Of a stretch of 43,085 nt of DNA, positions 10,006 through 20,002 are shown piece by piece (the stretch's first letter is position 1; the number at the start of each line of letters is the position of its first letter). Source of the stretch: a virus (lineage: Duplodnaviria; Caudoviricetes); IMG/VR virus record IMGVR_UViG_3300028072_000010, positions 1 to 43,085 of that record; one strand, 5' to 3'. The notes below the pieces were generated by a model that ran no database searches, was not told where the DNA came from, and was given only the letters and a program-made list of their open reading frames with translations. The position numbers were made by a program, and so were the translations under genes.

Positions 10006-10273
10006 CATAGCGACCGACGATGATCGTCCAGTCACGCAGGATGATGTCGATCGGTTGCAACGTACCGCCCGAGCGTTTGGCGAATTGGTCAAACGGATCA
10101 AGTTCTACGCCGCCGAGGTCAGGAATGGCCTCGTGTTGCCCGGTGCGGCGATCGAGGAGATCGTCACGTCGGTAAAGATCGCCGAGCGGGTGGCGGTCAG
10201 TCTCGACCTCGATAAGCTGACGCAGGAACTCGGACAGGTGCATGGGAAGCATGTGTTAGTGGTCGAACGCTAG
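9986..10273 (+). CDS. hypothetical protein
   Basis: ATG 9986 is in frame with the tracked ORF; fills the gap before the MTase. Confidence 0.55.
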   Translation: MIPHLYDIATDDDRPVTQDDVDRLQRTARAFGELVKRIKFYAAEVRNGLVLPGAAIEEIVTSVKIAERVAVSLDLDKLTQELGQVHGKHVLVVER

Positions 10274-10278
10274 CCTGC

Positions 10279-10812
10279 ATGTATCAGGTCATCTGCGCCG
10301 ACCCGCCGTGGCGAATTCATGCGCCCGGTGATCCCCTCCGTTCTCCGCGTTCGCAAGGCCGGTATTATCAGACGATGCCGTTGTCTGAAATCAAGGCGCT
10401 CGACGCGGGATCGTTGGCGGCGAAGAATTGTGCGCTGTTCCTCTGGACCATCGACACCCATCTACCGCAGGCATTGGACGTGATCGAAGCGTGGGGATTT
10501 TCGTTCCGCACGATCGGGTTCACTTGGGTAAAGACCACGATCACTGGCAAATTCCATGTCGGGTGTGGTTGGTGGACGCGGGCGAATACCGAATTGTGTC
10601 TGTTGGCGTGTCGCGGTAAGCCCAGTCCGCAGGCCAAAGATGTGCGCCGCTTGGTTGTCAGTGAGCGACGTGAGCACAGTCGCAAGCCGGACGAGGTGTA
10701 CCAGCGCATCGAACGTTTATGCCAAGGTCCTTACGTTGAATTATTCGCCCGATGTCGGCGGCCGGGATGGGATGTTGCGTTTAGTGATCAGGCTGATCGT
10801 TTTCCAAGTTAG
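10279..10812 (+). CDS. MT-A70 family adenine methyltransferase
   Basis: YQVICADPPW, Y.TM...EI..L, LFLW, AWGF, WVK, G.W.R.NTE.CL, HSRKP, ELFAR. Confidence 0.9.
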   Translation: MYQVICADPPWRIHAPGDPLRSPRSQGRYYQTMPLSEIKALDAGSLAAKNCALFLWTIDTHLPQALDVIEAWGFSFRTIGFTWVKTTITGKFHVGCGWWTRANTELCLLACRGKPSPQAKDVRRLVVSERREHSRKPDEVYQRIERLCQGPYVELFARCRRPGWDVAFSDQADRFPS

Positions 10813-10944
10813 CTGCTAAATAGCCCCACGGCGATCCCGATGGTTTACCGGATACCTTAACAACCGAGGCGCACCCTCTGCGCTCCCACCAATGCGTTGT
10901 GGAAAACTGAGGACAAACCTCAACTCTTTCACAAGGTGCATAAA

Positions 10945-12168
10945 ATGCCCAATACACTCCTCACGGTCAGTATGATCACGAAGAGGGCAGTAACGATGTT
11001 CCGTAATACGAATGCGTTCCTGCAACTCATCGATCGTCAATACGACGAACAGTACAGAAACCGCGAATTCAAGATCGGTAGCACGCTGCAACTGCGTCTG
11101 CCCACCGACTACGTCGTTACAGTCGGTCAGACAGTAACGCCGCAGACCACCACCGAATTTCAGCGCCCATTGGTCGTGGGAACGCAGGCCAATGTCGCCG
11201 CGTCGTTCACCTCTGCCGACTTTGCACTGAAAATCGACGACTTTGCCGACCGTTTTCTGCTCAAGATGACCAACGACCTCGCCGCCTATGTGGCACAGGA
11301 TGTCATGTCGGCGGTCAATGGCTGCCCGAATATCGTCGCCAATTTCGACGGATCGGGTAATGTCATCAGTCCGACGATGGACACGTGGCTCGCCGCCGGT
11401 GCCGTGCTCGATAACCTGTCGGCGCTGCGTAATGAGAAGCGGTGCGCTATTATGAGCCCGATCACAAGCGCTCGCACAGCGTCCAGCATGTCTGGATTGT
11501 TTAACCCGGCGCCACAAATCTCCGACAATTTCCGCGTCGGTGCATTTGGCGGTATTGCGTTGGGCATTCAAGATTGGAGGGTGGATCAAACAGTATTGAA
11601 TCACACGACTGGTACCGCAACGACCGGCGCTGTCAGTGGTGCTGGCCAGACTGGCACGACCCTCACGATCTCGGCTCTGTCGGGTACACTCAAGGCCGGT
11701 GACATCATCACCATCGCGGGTGTCAATGCGGTCAACCGCTTGACCAAGCAGGACCTTGGCTCATTGGCGCAGTTTGTCGTCACGGCAAATGCGAGCAATG
11801 GTGCGACGAGCCTGAGCATCTACCCGGCGATCACTCCAGTATCTGGCACACCGAATACTGTTCAATACGCGACGGTGACGGCGTCTCCGGGTGCGACGGC
11901 GGTGATTACTCCGGCGATCAAAGCGGCGGCGACTATTCGGGAGAATCTGGTTTTTCGCAAGGAAGCCTTTACTCTTTGCGTCGCAGATTTGCCACTGATT
12001 CGTAACGGTGTGGTCAAGTCGGCCCGCGAGTCTTACGATGGTGTGTCGCTGCGGATGGTTGAGGGATATCAGGTGCTCGACGACATATTTGTAGATCGCC
12101 TTGATATTTTATATGGGTACTGCATGCCAAGACCGGAGTGGTGTGTAATCGTAGCGGATGCACTCTAA
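10945..12168 (+). CDS. major capsid protein (P22 gp5-like coat)
   Basis: Start refined to ATG 10945 (AAGG SD). N.LLT..MIT, KIG.TL..RLP, DQ.V..HT.G, LKAGD.ITIAGV.AVN I-domain, RLDILYG...RPEW. Confidence 0.93.
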   Translation: MPNTLLTVSMITKRAVTMFRNTNAFLQLIDRQYDEQYRNREFKIGSTLQLRLPTDYVVTVGQTVTPQTTTEFQRPLVVGTQANVAASFTSADFALKIDDFADRFLLKMTNDLAAYVAQDVMSAVNGCPNIVANFDGSGNVISPTMDTWLAAGAVLDNLSALRNEKRCAIMSPITSARTASSMSGLFNPAPQISDNFRVGAFGGIALGIQDWRVDQTVLNHTTGTATTGAVSGAGQTGTTLTISALSGTLKAGDIITIAGVNAVNRLTKQDLGSLAQFVVTANASNGATSLSIYPAITPVSGTPNTVQYATVTASPGATAVITPAIKAAATIRENLVFRKEAFTLCVADLPLIRNGVVKSARESYDGVSLRMVEGYQVLDDIFVDRLDILYGYCMPRPEWCVIVADAL

Positions 12169-12231
12169 GATTAATCTTTACGCCTGAATGGCACTCTGTT
12201 ATACTTCGACTTTCAGTTGGAGAATAACAGA

Positions 12232-12894
12232 GTGCCTTCTTTTATAGACCTCACCGGACAGCAGTTTAATCGCTGGTTCACCATCGAACGGGCAGCAGAT
12301 CAAGGCAAACAAACCGCCTATTTGTGCCGGTGTTCGTGTGGAACACTGCGGGTCGTCGCCGCAAACAACCTCAAAACTGGTAAGTCGGAGAGTTGTGGAT
12401 GTCTTGCCGCTGAGCGAGCGGCGGAAGCCCACACTACACATGGAATGTCACGTCATCCAGCCTATGCCAGTTGGTGCAAGATGATCTCTCGCTGTGAGAA
12501 TGTGAATGACCAAAAATATCACATCTATGGGAAACGAGGTATCAAAGTCTGTCGACGTTGGCGCGAGTGTTTCGAGAATTTCTGGGAAGATATGGGCGCC
12601 ACGTGGCAAAAGGGTCTGACGCTCGATCGCATCGATCCGAATGGCGACTATGAACCGAGCAATTGTCGATGGGCAACAGCAAAAGTTCAAGGTAACAATA
12701 AATGCTATCATCGGATCGTGGACACTATCCACGGGCCAATGAATGTATCACAGGCAGCCGAACTGTCGGGTTTGGACCCGGAGACTATCAGGTCTCGCGA
12801 CGATGCCAAATGGCCTAAAGAAGACCTGCTCTCGCCGCCGATGGAAGCTGCTACGCGTGAACGCGATTCCACCGGCCGCTTCGTCTGCAAATAG
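12232..12894 (+). CDS. HNH-like homing endonuclease
   Basis: DLTG..F, C.C.CG, SCGC, W..M..RC, YG.RGI.VC.RW, TLDRID.NG.YEP.NCRWAT. GTG start after GGAG. Confidence 0.85.
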   Translation: MPSFIDLTGQQFNRWFTIERAADQGKQTAYLCRCSCGTLRVVAANNLKTGKSESCGCLAAERAAEAHTTHGMSRHPAYASWCKMISRCENVNDQKYHIYGKRGIKVCRRWRECFENFWEDMGATWQKGLTLDRIDPNGDYEPSNCRWATAKVQGNNKCYHRIVDTIHGPMNVSQAAELSGLDPETIRSRDDAKWPKEDLLSPPMEAATRERDSTGRFVCK

Positions 12895-12950
12895 TCTTGA
12901 CTTGATCCGGCAAATCGTTCATCTAATCCGCGTTCAGTGAAAGGGAATAC

Positions 12951-13274
12951 ATGAACTCTCGTCAGGTAGACAATGCAGTAAAGCTTGCGGCATTCATCAC
13001 TAATGCCGTCAAGCGCCCGCCGATCGGTCCGGCGACCAACAAGGCTCCCGAATTGGAAAAGGAACGCGCCTATGTTTGGTTTGAAGAGAACGATGACGGC
13101 GAGTCAAAGATTGCCGCGATCATCCGACTGGATGATGAGGCGACCACCGTTGACGTGAACTTTGATGTTGGAAACAATCCGGCGTATCTGACTATTCCGA
13201 CTTTCTGTCTGTTGGAAAATATCATGTGTGTGATCATCTATAATGGTGAACGTCAGTTGGTCACATCTAAATAA
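12951..13274 (+). CDS. hypothetical protein
   Basis: 107 aa ORF with AAGGGA SD. Confidence 0.55.
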   Translation: MNSRQVDNAVKLAAFITNAVKRPPIGPATNKAPELEKERAYVWFEENDDGESKIAAIIRLDDEATTVDVNFDVGNNPAYLTIPTFCLLENIMCVIIYNGERQLVTSK

Positions 13275-13279
13275 ACCTC

Positions 13280-13456
13280 ATGTCCACTTGTGTCTCCGAC
13301 ATCCAATATGACCAAGAGACACGCACTCTCACCGTGGCGTTCGTGAAAGGTGGCACATTCTCTTATCAGGATGTGCCACCTCACGTCGTCAAAGCCTTTA
13401 AGGCCGCCGGCTCACTCGGCCAATTCTTCAACGCCAACATCAAACATAATTATTAG
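13280..13456 (+). CDS. KTSC domain protein (not in ORF track)
   Basis: Manual translation MSTCVSDIQYDQETRTLTVAFVKGGTFSYQDVPPHVVKAFKAAGSLGQFFNANIKHNY*. TAAATA lies 6 nt upstream. Confidence 0.85.
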   Translation: MSTCVSDIQYDQETRTLTVAFVKGGTFSYQDVPPHVVKAFKAAGSLGQFFNANIKHNY

Positions 13457-13500
13457 GTCGCGTCCCTGATCGTAAATACAGCCATCAGAAAGGCGATTCG

Positions 13501-14250
13501 ATGGCTGGACAAATTACGACACCGGTGGACCTCATACACCTCTGCCTCAAGACCGCCGGAGTGGTCGGCGTGGGTCAGACACCCGATTTCGAGGATACCA
13601 ACGACTGCTTCAGCATCCTGAACAGCTTCCTCGGACAAATCACCCGCGAACGCTTTCTCGTCTATCATCTGGTCGATGTCGCCTTTCTCTCGAATGGCGC
13701 CATTTCCTACACCATCGGCGCAGGCGGCGACTTTAATGTCCCACGGCCCGATCGACTGGAAGCGGCATACGCCCGCCTGCTCCCCGTCTCGACCCAGCCA
13801 TTTGATTATCCCCTCACCTTGATCGATAGTCGCGAGGATTACTCGGCGATCACCCTCAAACATCTTACTACGTTTCCCAACAGCGTGTTTTACGATAGCG
13901 ACTGGCCGTTGGGTCATGTGTTTGTCTGGCCGGTGCCGCAGAATGAGCAATTCGAGGTGCATCTGGTGATCAAGGAAACCTTGACGCAATTCCCCACTCT
14001 CACCACACCGATCAATTTGCCGCCCGAGTACCTCGACATGCTGATCTGGAATTTGAGCGTCAGGATACGGCCGCTCTATCAGATGCCGCCCGATCCGACG
14101 ATCATCGCTCTTGCCAAGAACTCGCTCGCGGTGATCCGTCAATCCAATACGCAAATTCCGCAACTGCGGATGCCGTCATCCGTGATGAATGCGTCGAGCG
14201 GGCACGATCCGACATTAGGGAATCTGCAAGGATTGCCTTGGGCCTTTTAA
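13501..14250 (+). CDS. head-to-tail adaptor (P22 gp4-like)
   Basis: DLI..L...GV.G.GQTP, LN, YTIG.GGDF, LPPEY...L.WNL..R; lies before the gp10-like gene. Confidence 0.8.
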   Translation: MAGQITTPVDLIHLCLKTAGVVGVGQTPDFEDTNDCFSILNSFLGQITRERFLVYHLVDVAFLSNGAISYTIGAGGDFNVPRPDRLEAAYARLLPVSTQPFDYPLTLIDSREDYSAITLKHLTTFPNSVFYDSDWPLGHVFVWPVPQNEQFEVHLVIKETLTQFPTLTTPINLPPEYLDMLIWNLSVRIRPLYQMPPDPTIIALAKNSLAVIRQSNTQIPQLRMPSSVMNASSGHDPTLGNLQGLPWAF

Positions 14251-14262
14251 GGAATAGCCGAA

Positions 14263-17200
14263 TTGCCATTCATGCAGCTACAAGGCGGAGCCTATCAGTC
14301 CCGGTCATTGATCGCCGCCGCTCAGCGGTGTCTCAACCTCTACACTGAAGCCACCCCGCAATCGACCAGCGAGCCGTTCTCGGCGACCCACTATTGCACC
14401 CCCGGTCTCACGTTCGTGGGCGACGCTCAACAGGAACGTTGCAGAGGTCTCTACACGACCTTTGATGGCACGCTCTACGCCGTCTATAATCAAAAGGTCT
14501 ATCGGATCGACGACCAGCATCAATTCCATCTGCTGGGCACGTTTCAACCCTCGGCGCCGTCCGACGCTACCGCACGTGATACTCCGGTGTCGATGTGCGA
14601 TAATGGCCAAGTACTCCTCATCGCTGACGGATCAGTAGACGGCTGGTTTGTCGATCTCAGTCAGCCAGCCGCCAGCCAGACGCTCACGCGGATCGACCGC
14701 AATCTGAATCAGGGCTGGCAAGGCTCGGACTTCGTCACCTATCAGGACACGTTCTTCATCATGAACGCGCCGGGCACGGCGCAGTTCTACATCAGTCTCT
14801 CCAATATCAGTGCGCAGAACTTGTCTGCTGCGTTCGGGGTCTTCACCGCGACCATCAGCGCCGCCGGATCGGGCTATCAGGCGAATGACACCCTCACTCT
14901 CACCGGTACTGGTGGAGGTCAGATTACCGTCAATACGGTCGATACCAGTGGCGTGATCACCGGCTATGGTGTCACTAATAGCGGGGCTCTCTCCACTCAG
15001 CCGGCCAATCCTGTTCCAGTGACCGGTGGCAGTGGCACGGGCGCTACGTTCAACCTCACCTATACCGACAATATCGGCGCATTTGACGGACTGGACTTTG
15101 CCGCGATGGCCGCCCAAGCCAACAAGCTGGTCTGTGCGGTATCCGTCGCCCGTAATCTCTGGCTTATAGGTTCTAATTCTTTCGAGATTTGGCAGAATAC
15201 TGGCGGTGACGGGACTATTGCTGGGAGTTTTCCATTTTCCGTCTACGCCGAGGCGTATGGGAACTGGGGAGCGGCGGCGAAATACTCGGTCGCCAATATC
15301 GTCAATCAGGTCTATTGGCTGAGCCAAGACAAATTCGGCCACGGCATCATCATGCGAGGTGAATCCCTCGGCAGCAAGCGAATATCCACTCACGCCATCG
15401 AGTTCCAAATCTCGCAATATGATCGGATCGACGACGCGATCGGCATGCGGTATCAGCAACAGGGACATATCTTTTATCTGCTGACCTTCCCATCGGCCAA
15501 TGCCAGCCGGGGGGCGACGTGGGTGTATGATATCACCACCGGCGAATGGGCGGAACGGGCGTATATCGACAATAATGGACTGGAATATCGTCATCTCGCC
15601 AATGCGATGAGCATGGCGTATGGCGAGGTGTTTGTCGGCGATTGGCGCAATGGTTACCTTTATACCTTCGATCTCGACAACTACACGGACAATGCACAGC
15701 CGATAAAAAGATTGCGGAGTTTTCCGCATCAGATCGACCTCGAAGCCAGTCGAAGGATCATGTACAACCAACTGATCGCCCAGATGCAGGTCGGATCGGC
15801 CGCCCAGTCTGGCACGGGCACCAATGTGGTGGATGTCGGCTTTGATGCCGCCAATGGTACCTTGCTGGAAAACTACCACAATTTGAACTCGTTCGGCTCG
15901 ACCTTCACCAAATTGGGCGTGGTCGAGGGACAGATTATCGACGATGCGGTAGTCGCCGCATCGGCTGGCAACATGCTGTATTCCGTCAGTGGCACGCCGA
16001 CCTTGCCTGACTACACCGTCACCTATCAGATGCAGCCGACGAATTATGGCACGATTCCCGATGCCGGTGCGTCGATGTTCGTGATCGCCCGTGCCAATTC
16101 CTCAAATAATGGCTACATGGCGGCGATCCTCTCCGATGGCAGCCAGTATCTCGCCCGGCTGACCGTCATGGGCGGCATCTCGACCTTCGTGTCCCTAGGG
16201 ACCATTGCCACTGGCGTGTATGCGGTGACGTTGACCTTGCATGCCAGCAGCATCACCATGGCGGTGCAGCGCACCAGTGACGGCTATTGGGTAGATCGAC
16301 TGGGCAATTGGACACAGCCACCCGCCACGGCGATCCAGATAACCGACAATACCTATCAGACCGCCGGACAAATTCTACTGGGTGGCACGGCCGGCATTCC
16401 GACCGCTCTGCCCAGCATTTCTGGTGTGGCGATTGGTGCATCTCTCGGATCGATGACCACGGCGATCACTGGCCCGCCGGTGAATCTCGAATTGACCGGC
16501 ATCGAGACACCTCTGTCGGTCGGGTCGATCGTCGCTGCTCTTTCGAGTTCTCCGTCGATTGGAATCTTCGGCGTCGCCGGCAATGCCAACACCGGTCTCC
16601 CGTCGTTGTCGATCAGCGGAGCACCTTCATTCACGCCGGGCGGTGTTGCATCGTCGGTCGGCGTGGGATCGGTGGGACTCAGTATCAGTGGCTCGCCGTC
16701 GATCAGCGTCACCGGCGTCGCAATGACCACGGCGATCAGTGCTCCATCGGTTACCACCTCGCATACCGTCTCTGTCACTGGCGTGGGGATTACCGCCAGT
16801 CGCGGAATTCCAACAGTGTCGCTATCTCGTTCGGCATCGATCACCGGCGTCGGAATTACCGCCAGTCGCGGAACTCCATCGGTTGGCCAATCGCGGTCGC
16901 CATCTCTCACGGGGGTTGGGATCACGGCCAGTCGTGGGACGATAGGCACGACCGTGTCGATCGGACCGCCAGCACAAGCCAGTGCGGCGGGCTTTACGAA
17001 TTTGGTGTTCAACGACGACTTTATCACCACCTCGACCATCGCCACGACGCAGAACGCGACGACGGGTTTCAACTGGTACTGGGCACAGAGATTGGGCAGT
17101 GCGGTCGATCCGACGGTTGAGTGTCATGTTGGTACTGGACTGACGGCGGCGACGGTGTTCAACGGCAACACCGGAGGTGGAGCGAACGCGTCAGCGGCGG

Positions 17201-17808
17201 GCGGTATTCTCCAGATCAACACTGGAACTTTCCCGAACGCCAACATCATCTCGCTGCCGGGCTGGGCGATGAATTCGGGCCTGACGACCTTGCCGCCAAC
17301 AGGCACAGGTCACTGGGGTCACTGCTATATGGAAGCGTACATCCAGTTCGTTCCCAATCAGAATGCGAGTTTGCCATTTAATCCGACGAATTTCACGTCG
17401 ATTGGATGGCCGGCATTCTGGTCATGGGCGGCCGAGGGGCTGGCCGATTATGGATTCCCCGGCAGTGGCTTGACGTTGACCAATCCGACCGAGGTCGATT
17501 TCCTCGAAAGCTTTGGGAATGTGACCTTTGGAGGTCCAGCGACTCCCTCGACCATCGACGCGGGAATTATTCATCATGATACCGATGGATCGAATGCCTT
17601 GGGGCATGGCAGTATCGACTCCAATTGGCACACCTATGGCTTCCTATGGACCAGCAATCATGTGCGGATTTACTTTGACAATGCGCCGATGACGGCGGCA
17701 TTGGCACTGAGTCCGACCTATGCGTTGGACGCGCAGACGTTGTTTATCACGCTTGGTACTGGTCCATCGTGGCAAATGAACGTCGATTGGGTAAGGGTCT
17801 GGCAGTGA
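14263..17808 (+). CDS. tail hub gp10-like N-terminal part fused to a ConA-like domain, a repeat stalk and a GH16-like domain
   Basis: GGAYQSRS..AAQRC.NLY, TPGL, RISTHAIE, YQQ.GH.FY.LTFP.A..TWVYD..T.EW.ER, VGDWRNG, R.RSFPH up to ~15810. The canonical gp10 C-terminus is absent. GH16 motifs WPAFW, EVDFLE, WHTYG, VDWVRVWQ. Confidence 0.85.
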   Translation: MPFMQLQGGAYQSRSLIAAAQRCLNLYTEATPQSTSEPFSATHYCTPGLTFVGDAQQERCRGLYTTFDGTLYAVYNQKVYRIDDQHQFHLLGTFQPSAPSDATARDTPVSMCDNGQVLLIADGSVDGWFVDLSQPAASQTLTRIDRNLNQGWQGSDFVTYQDTFFIMNAPGTAQFYISLSNISAQNLSAAFGVFTATISAAGSGYQANDTLTLTGTGGGQITVNTVDTSGVITGYGVTNSGALSTQPANPVPVTGGSGTGATFNLTYTDNIGAFDGLDFAAMAAQANKLVCAVSVARNLWLIGSNSFEIWQNTGGDGTIAGSFPFSVYAEAYGNWGAAAKYSVANIVNQVYWLSQDKFGHGIIMRGESLGSKRISTHAIEFQISQYDRIDDAIGMRYQQQGHIFYLLTFPSANASRGATWVYDITTGEWAERAYIDNNGLEYRHLANAMSMAYGEVFVGDWRNGYLYTFDLDNYTDNAQPIKRLRSFPHQIDLEASRRIMYNQLIAQMQVGSAAQSGTGTNVVDVGFDAANGTLLENYHNLNSFGSTFTKLGVVEGQIIDDAVVAASAGNMLYSVSGTPTLPDYTVTYQMQPTNYGTIPDAGASMFVIARANSSNNGYMAAILSDGSQYLARLTVMGGISTFVSLGTIATGVYAVTLTLHASSITMAVQRTSDGYWVDRLGNWTQPPATAIQITDNTYQTAGQILLGGTAGIPTALPSISGVAIGASLGSMTTAITGPPVNLELTGIETPLSVGSIVAALSSSPSIGIFGVAGNANTGLPSLSISGAPSFTPGGVASSVGVGSVGLSISGSPSISVTGVAMTTAISAPSVTTSHTVSVTGVGITASRGIPTVSLSRSASITGVGITASRGTPSVGQSRSPSLTGVGITASRGTIGTTVSIGPPAQASAAGFTNLVFNDDFITTSTIATTQNATTGFNWYWAQRLGSAVDPTVECHVGTGLTAATVFNGNTGGGANASAAGGILQINTGTFPNANIISLPGWAMNSGLTTLPPTGTGHWGHCYMEAYIQFVPNQNASLPFNPTNFTSIGWPAFWSWAAEGLADYGFPGSGLTLTNPTEVDFLESFGNVTFGGPATPSTIDAGIIHHDTDGSNALGHGSIDSNWHTYGFLWTSNHVRIYFDNAPMTAALALSPTYALDAQTLFITLGTGPSWQMNVDWVRVWQ
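16775..16940 (+). repeat. three 66-nt-period coding repeats (TGVGITASRG)
   Basis: TCACNGGSGTNGGRATYACSGCCAGTCGYGGRA at 16775, 16841 and 16907. Confidence 0.85.
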
Positions 17809-19985
17809 GTTACGATGTCACTCTAGTCCAAGTCAATGCCAATATTGGCGGCATGGGTGTCGCCAACTCGAACATGGGATTCCCTACCATACCGTTTGAC
17901 ACTCTGCTGTTCAGCATGTGGACCTGTCTGCCGTCAGTGCCGCTGCATACGAGCAATGGTGGACCTGCGTATATCCGATTTTTTCAATTAGATAGTGGAA
18001 CCCATGGACATCTACAACTTGGTAATATGTCCACCGCCACGTTCTTCTTCGATGGCACGTTCGATACGCCGGTCAATGACCTGCGATCCCATCATTTGGT
18101 CTCGGTCGATTGTGCGAGTCAGACGGTGCAGTACTATCTCAATGATCAGCCGGTGTCCATCATATCCGGCGGCTGGACTGGAAGCGGACATTTTCAAGCT
18201 TCATCGAACGCCAATATCTGGGATTTTGATATTGGTAGTGGTTTCGGATTCACCTATCCAGCATTCGCTGATTTATGGTTAGCGAAGACATCTAGTTTTG
18301 TCGATCTTTCCATATCAGCGAATCGCCGCAAGTTCATCAACAGTGATTTAACACCGGTTGATCTCGGCGCGGATGGCTCTCTACCACTTGGCAGCGTGCC
18401 ACAGATATTCCAGACGATATTGCCCGGCGGCGTGCCGAATGATTTTCTGATCAATCGCGGTCTTGGCATAGATTTCGGTTTGACGAGTGACAGCACACTT
18501 AGCTTTCAAGAAGCTGGCAAATGTAGTTTGCCGCCTTGTGTAGTCGTAGACACCGGTCTGATCTGGCCGATCACCGGCGGTGTTTCACAACTCGGGCTAT
18601 TGGCTTACAATCATCCGACACGAGCATATTCAGTTTCTGGAGATGGGTCGATATTGGCTGGCACTGCTGATGGTTTTGACTCTGGCGGGCATCCGGCCAG
18701 ATGGGACGGTGGTACAGCAGCATTGACAGGATTGACTCCAGACGAAGGGGTTGATTCTTCTATCGCCGGTCTGGTTATGTCTCAAGATGGCAGCATTATC
18801 TATAGCAACACCAATACATCAATCGTTCGCTGGTCGCCATCCGGTGTTGACCTATTCCCACCTTTGGATGGATTTGACGGCTGCGCCATTGGCTTTAGCT
18901 CAGGTCCCTTAAAAGGCAGACAATGCTCTGATGATGGCAGCATTCTGTTTGGCTCTTCGACATTAGGTGGCAGCAATGTCACAATCACTCAATGGACCGA
19001 CGGTGTTCCGAGTGCCTTACCGTTGCCGATAGAAGCCGCTTCATCCAGTCCCAATGTATGTTCGCAAGATGGTTCAGTCGTTGTTGGTCAGGCCGAGTCC
19101 GAAGCATCCTTCTGGACCGGTGGAGAATATTTCAGACTCAATCCATACATCGGAGTGTCAAGTAATACAATCACCGCTATGGCCTGCAATAGCGATGCGA
19201 GCATCATCTACGGCAATACCGCATTTCATGTTCCGGTCTATTGGGATAATCTCGGCCATTCGATCATCGACCCTACTCTTGGCACGATTTGGGGCGACAT
19301 CCATGTCATGGATGAATTGCCCGGCACTACGCATTTCCGCGACACACGTGTCGAATACTCTGCTGATAGCGGCAACATCGCCGTGGGCTGGGGGTCGAAC
19401 AGCAGTAGCGTTGACACAGCGATTCGCTGGACAGGAACCACTGCCGAAGCATTAGAGACACCATTGGATTGGACTGGTGCCAGAGCACATGCTTGCAGCG
19501 GCGACGGCTCGATAGTAGTGGGCGAGGTCACCGATCCTGAATTCCGGACATGGGCGTGCTATTGGGATATCGACGGCGCGATCCATATCCTACCCGGAAT
19601 TGCCGATCCGGATGATACCTCACAAGGCATCGCTATGGGAATCAGTCGCGATGGGACGCTGATCTTCGGTGATGGCGATAATACCTGTACTATACCACCA
19701 CCGCCAGTTCCCGTTAGCGACCTCTCCATCACTGAGCTATCGGTCTCCACCGAGGTCCTGATCCTGCCAGATCACGACATCACCCTCAAATGGTCAGATG
19801 ACGCTGGTGCGTCATGGTCGAATGGCATCATCAAATCCGTCGGCGCCCACGGCGAATACCTCACCTCGCCGACTTTTTATAGATTGGGAATGGCTAGATC
19901 ACGAATCTTCGAGATCAGTTGGGCCGGACCTCAAGCCGAAGCGATGACCGGCGTGTTCGTGGGCTACAAACTCGCCGCGTCATAG
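17805..19985 (+). CDS. virion protein: LamG-like + beta-propeller repeats + gp10-like C-terminal module
   Basis: GTGA coupling to the upstream stop. Repeated (C)S.DGS...G / A.RW motifs. Ends ITLKWSDDAGASWSN...G..GEYLT..FYRLGMARSRIFEISW. Confidence 0.75.
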   Translation: MSYDVTLVQVNANIGGMGVANSNMGFPTIPFDTLLFSMWTCLPSVPLHTSNGGPAYIRFFQLDSGTHGHLQLGNMSTATFFFDGTFDTPVNDLRSHHLVSVDCASQTVQYYLNDQPVSIISGGWTGSGHFQASSNANIWDFDIGSGFGFTYPAFADLWLAKTSSFVDLSISANRRKFINSDLTPVDLGADGSLPLGSVPQIFQTILPGGVPNDFLINRGLGIDFGLTSDSTLSFQEAGKCSLPPCVVVDTGLIWPITGGVSQLGLLAYNHPTRAYSVSGDGSILAGTADGFDSGGHPARWDGGTAALTGLTPDEGVDSSIAGLVMSQDGSIIYSNTNTSIVRWSPSGVDLFPPLDGFDGCAIGFSSGPLKGRQCSDDGSILFGSSTLGGSNVTITQWTDGVPSALPLPIEAASSSPNVCSQDGSVVVGQAESEASFWTGGEYFRLNPYIGVSSNTITAMACNSDASIIYGNTAFHVPVYWDNLGHSIIDPTLGTIWGDIHVMDELPGTTHFRDTRVEYSADSGNIAVGWGSNSSSVDTAIRWTGTTAEALETPLDWTGARAHACSGDGSIVVGEVTDPEFRTWACYWDIDGAIHILPGIADPDDTSQGIAMGISRDGTLIFGDGDNTCTIPPPPVPVSDLSITELSVSTEVLILPDHDITLKWSDDAGASWSNGIIKSVGAHGEYLTSPTFYRLGMARSRIFEISWAGPQAEAMTGVFVGYKLAAS

Positions 19986-20002
19986 GCCGTGTAAATAGCC
20001 GC

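Noticed and set aside
14632-15879. Long minus-strand ORFs opposite structural genes (also 10816..11604, 13453..14163, 6148..6741)
   Set aside because: Antisense shadows expected in GC-rich, codon-biased genes; no motifs.
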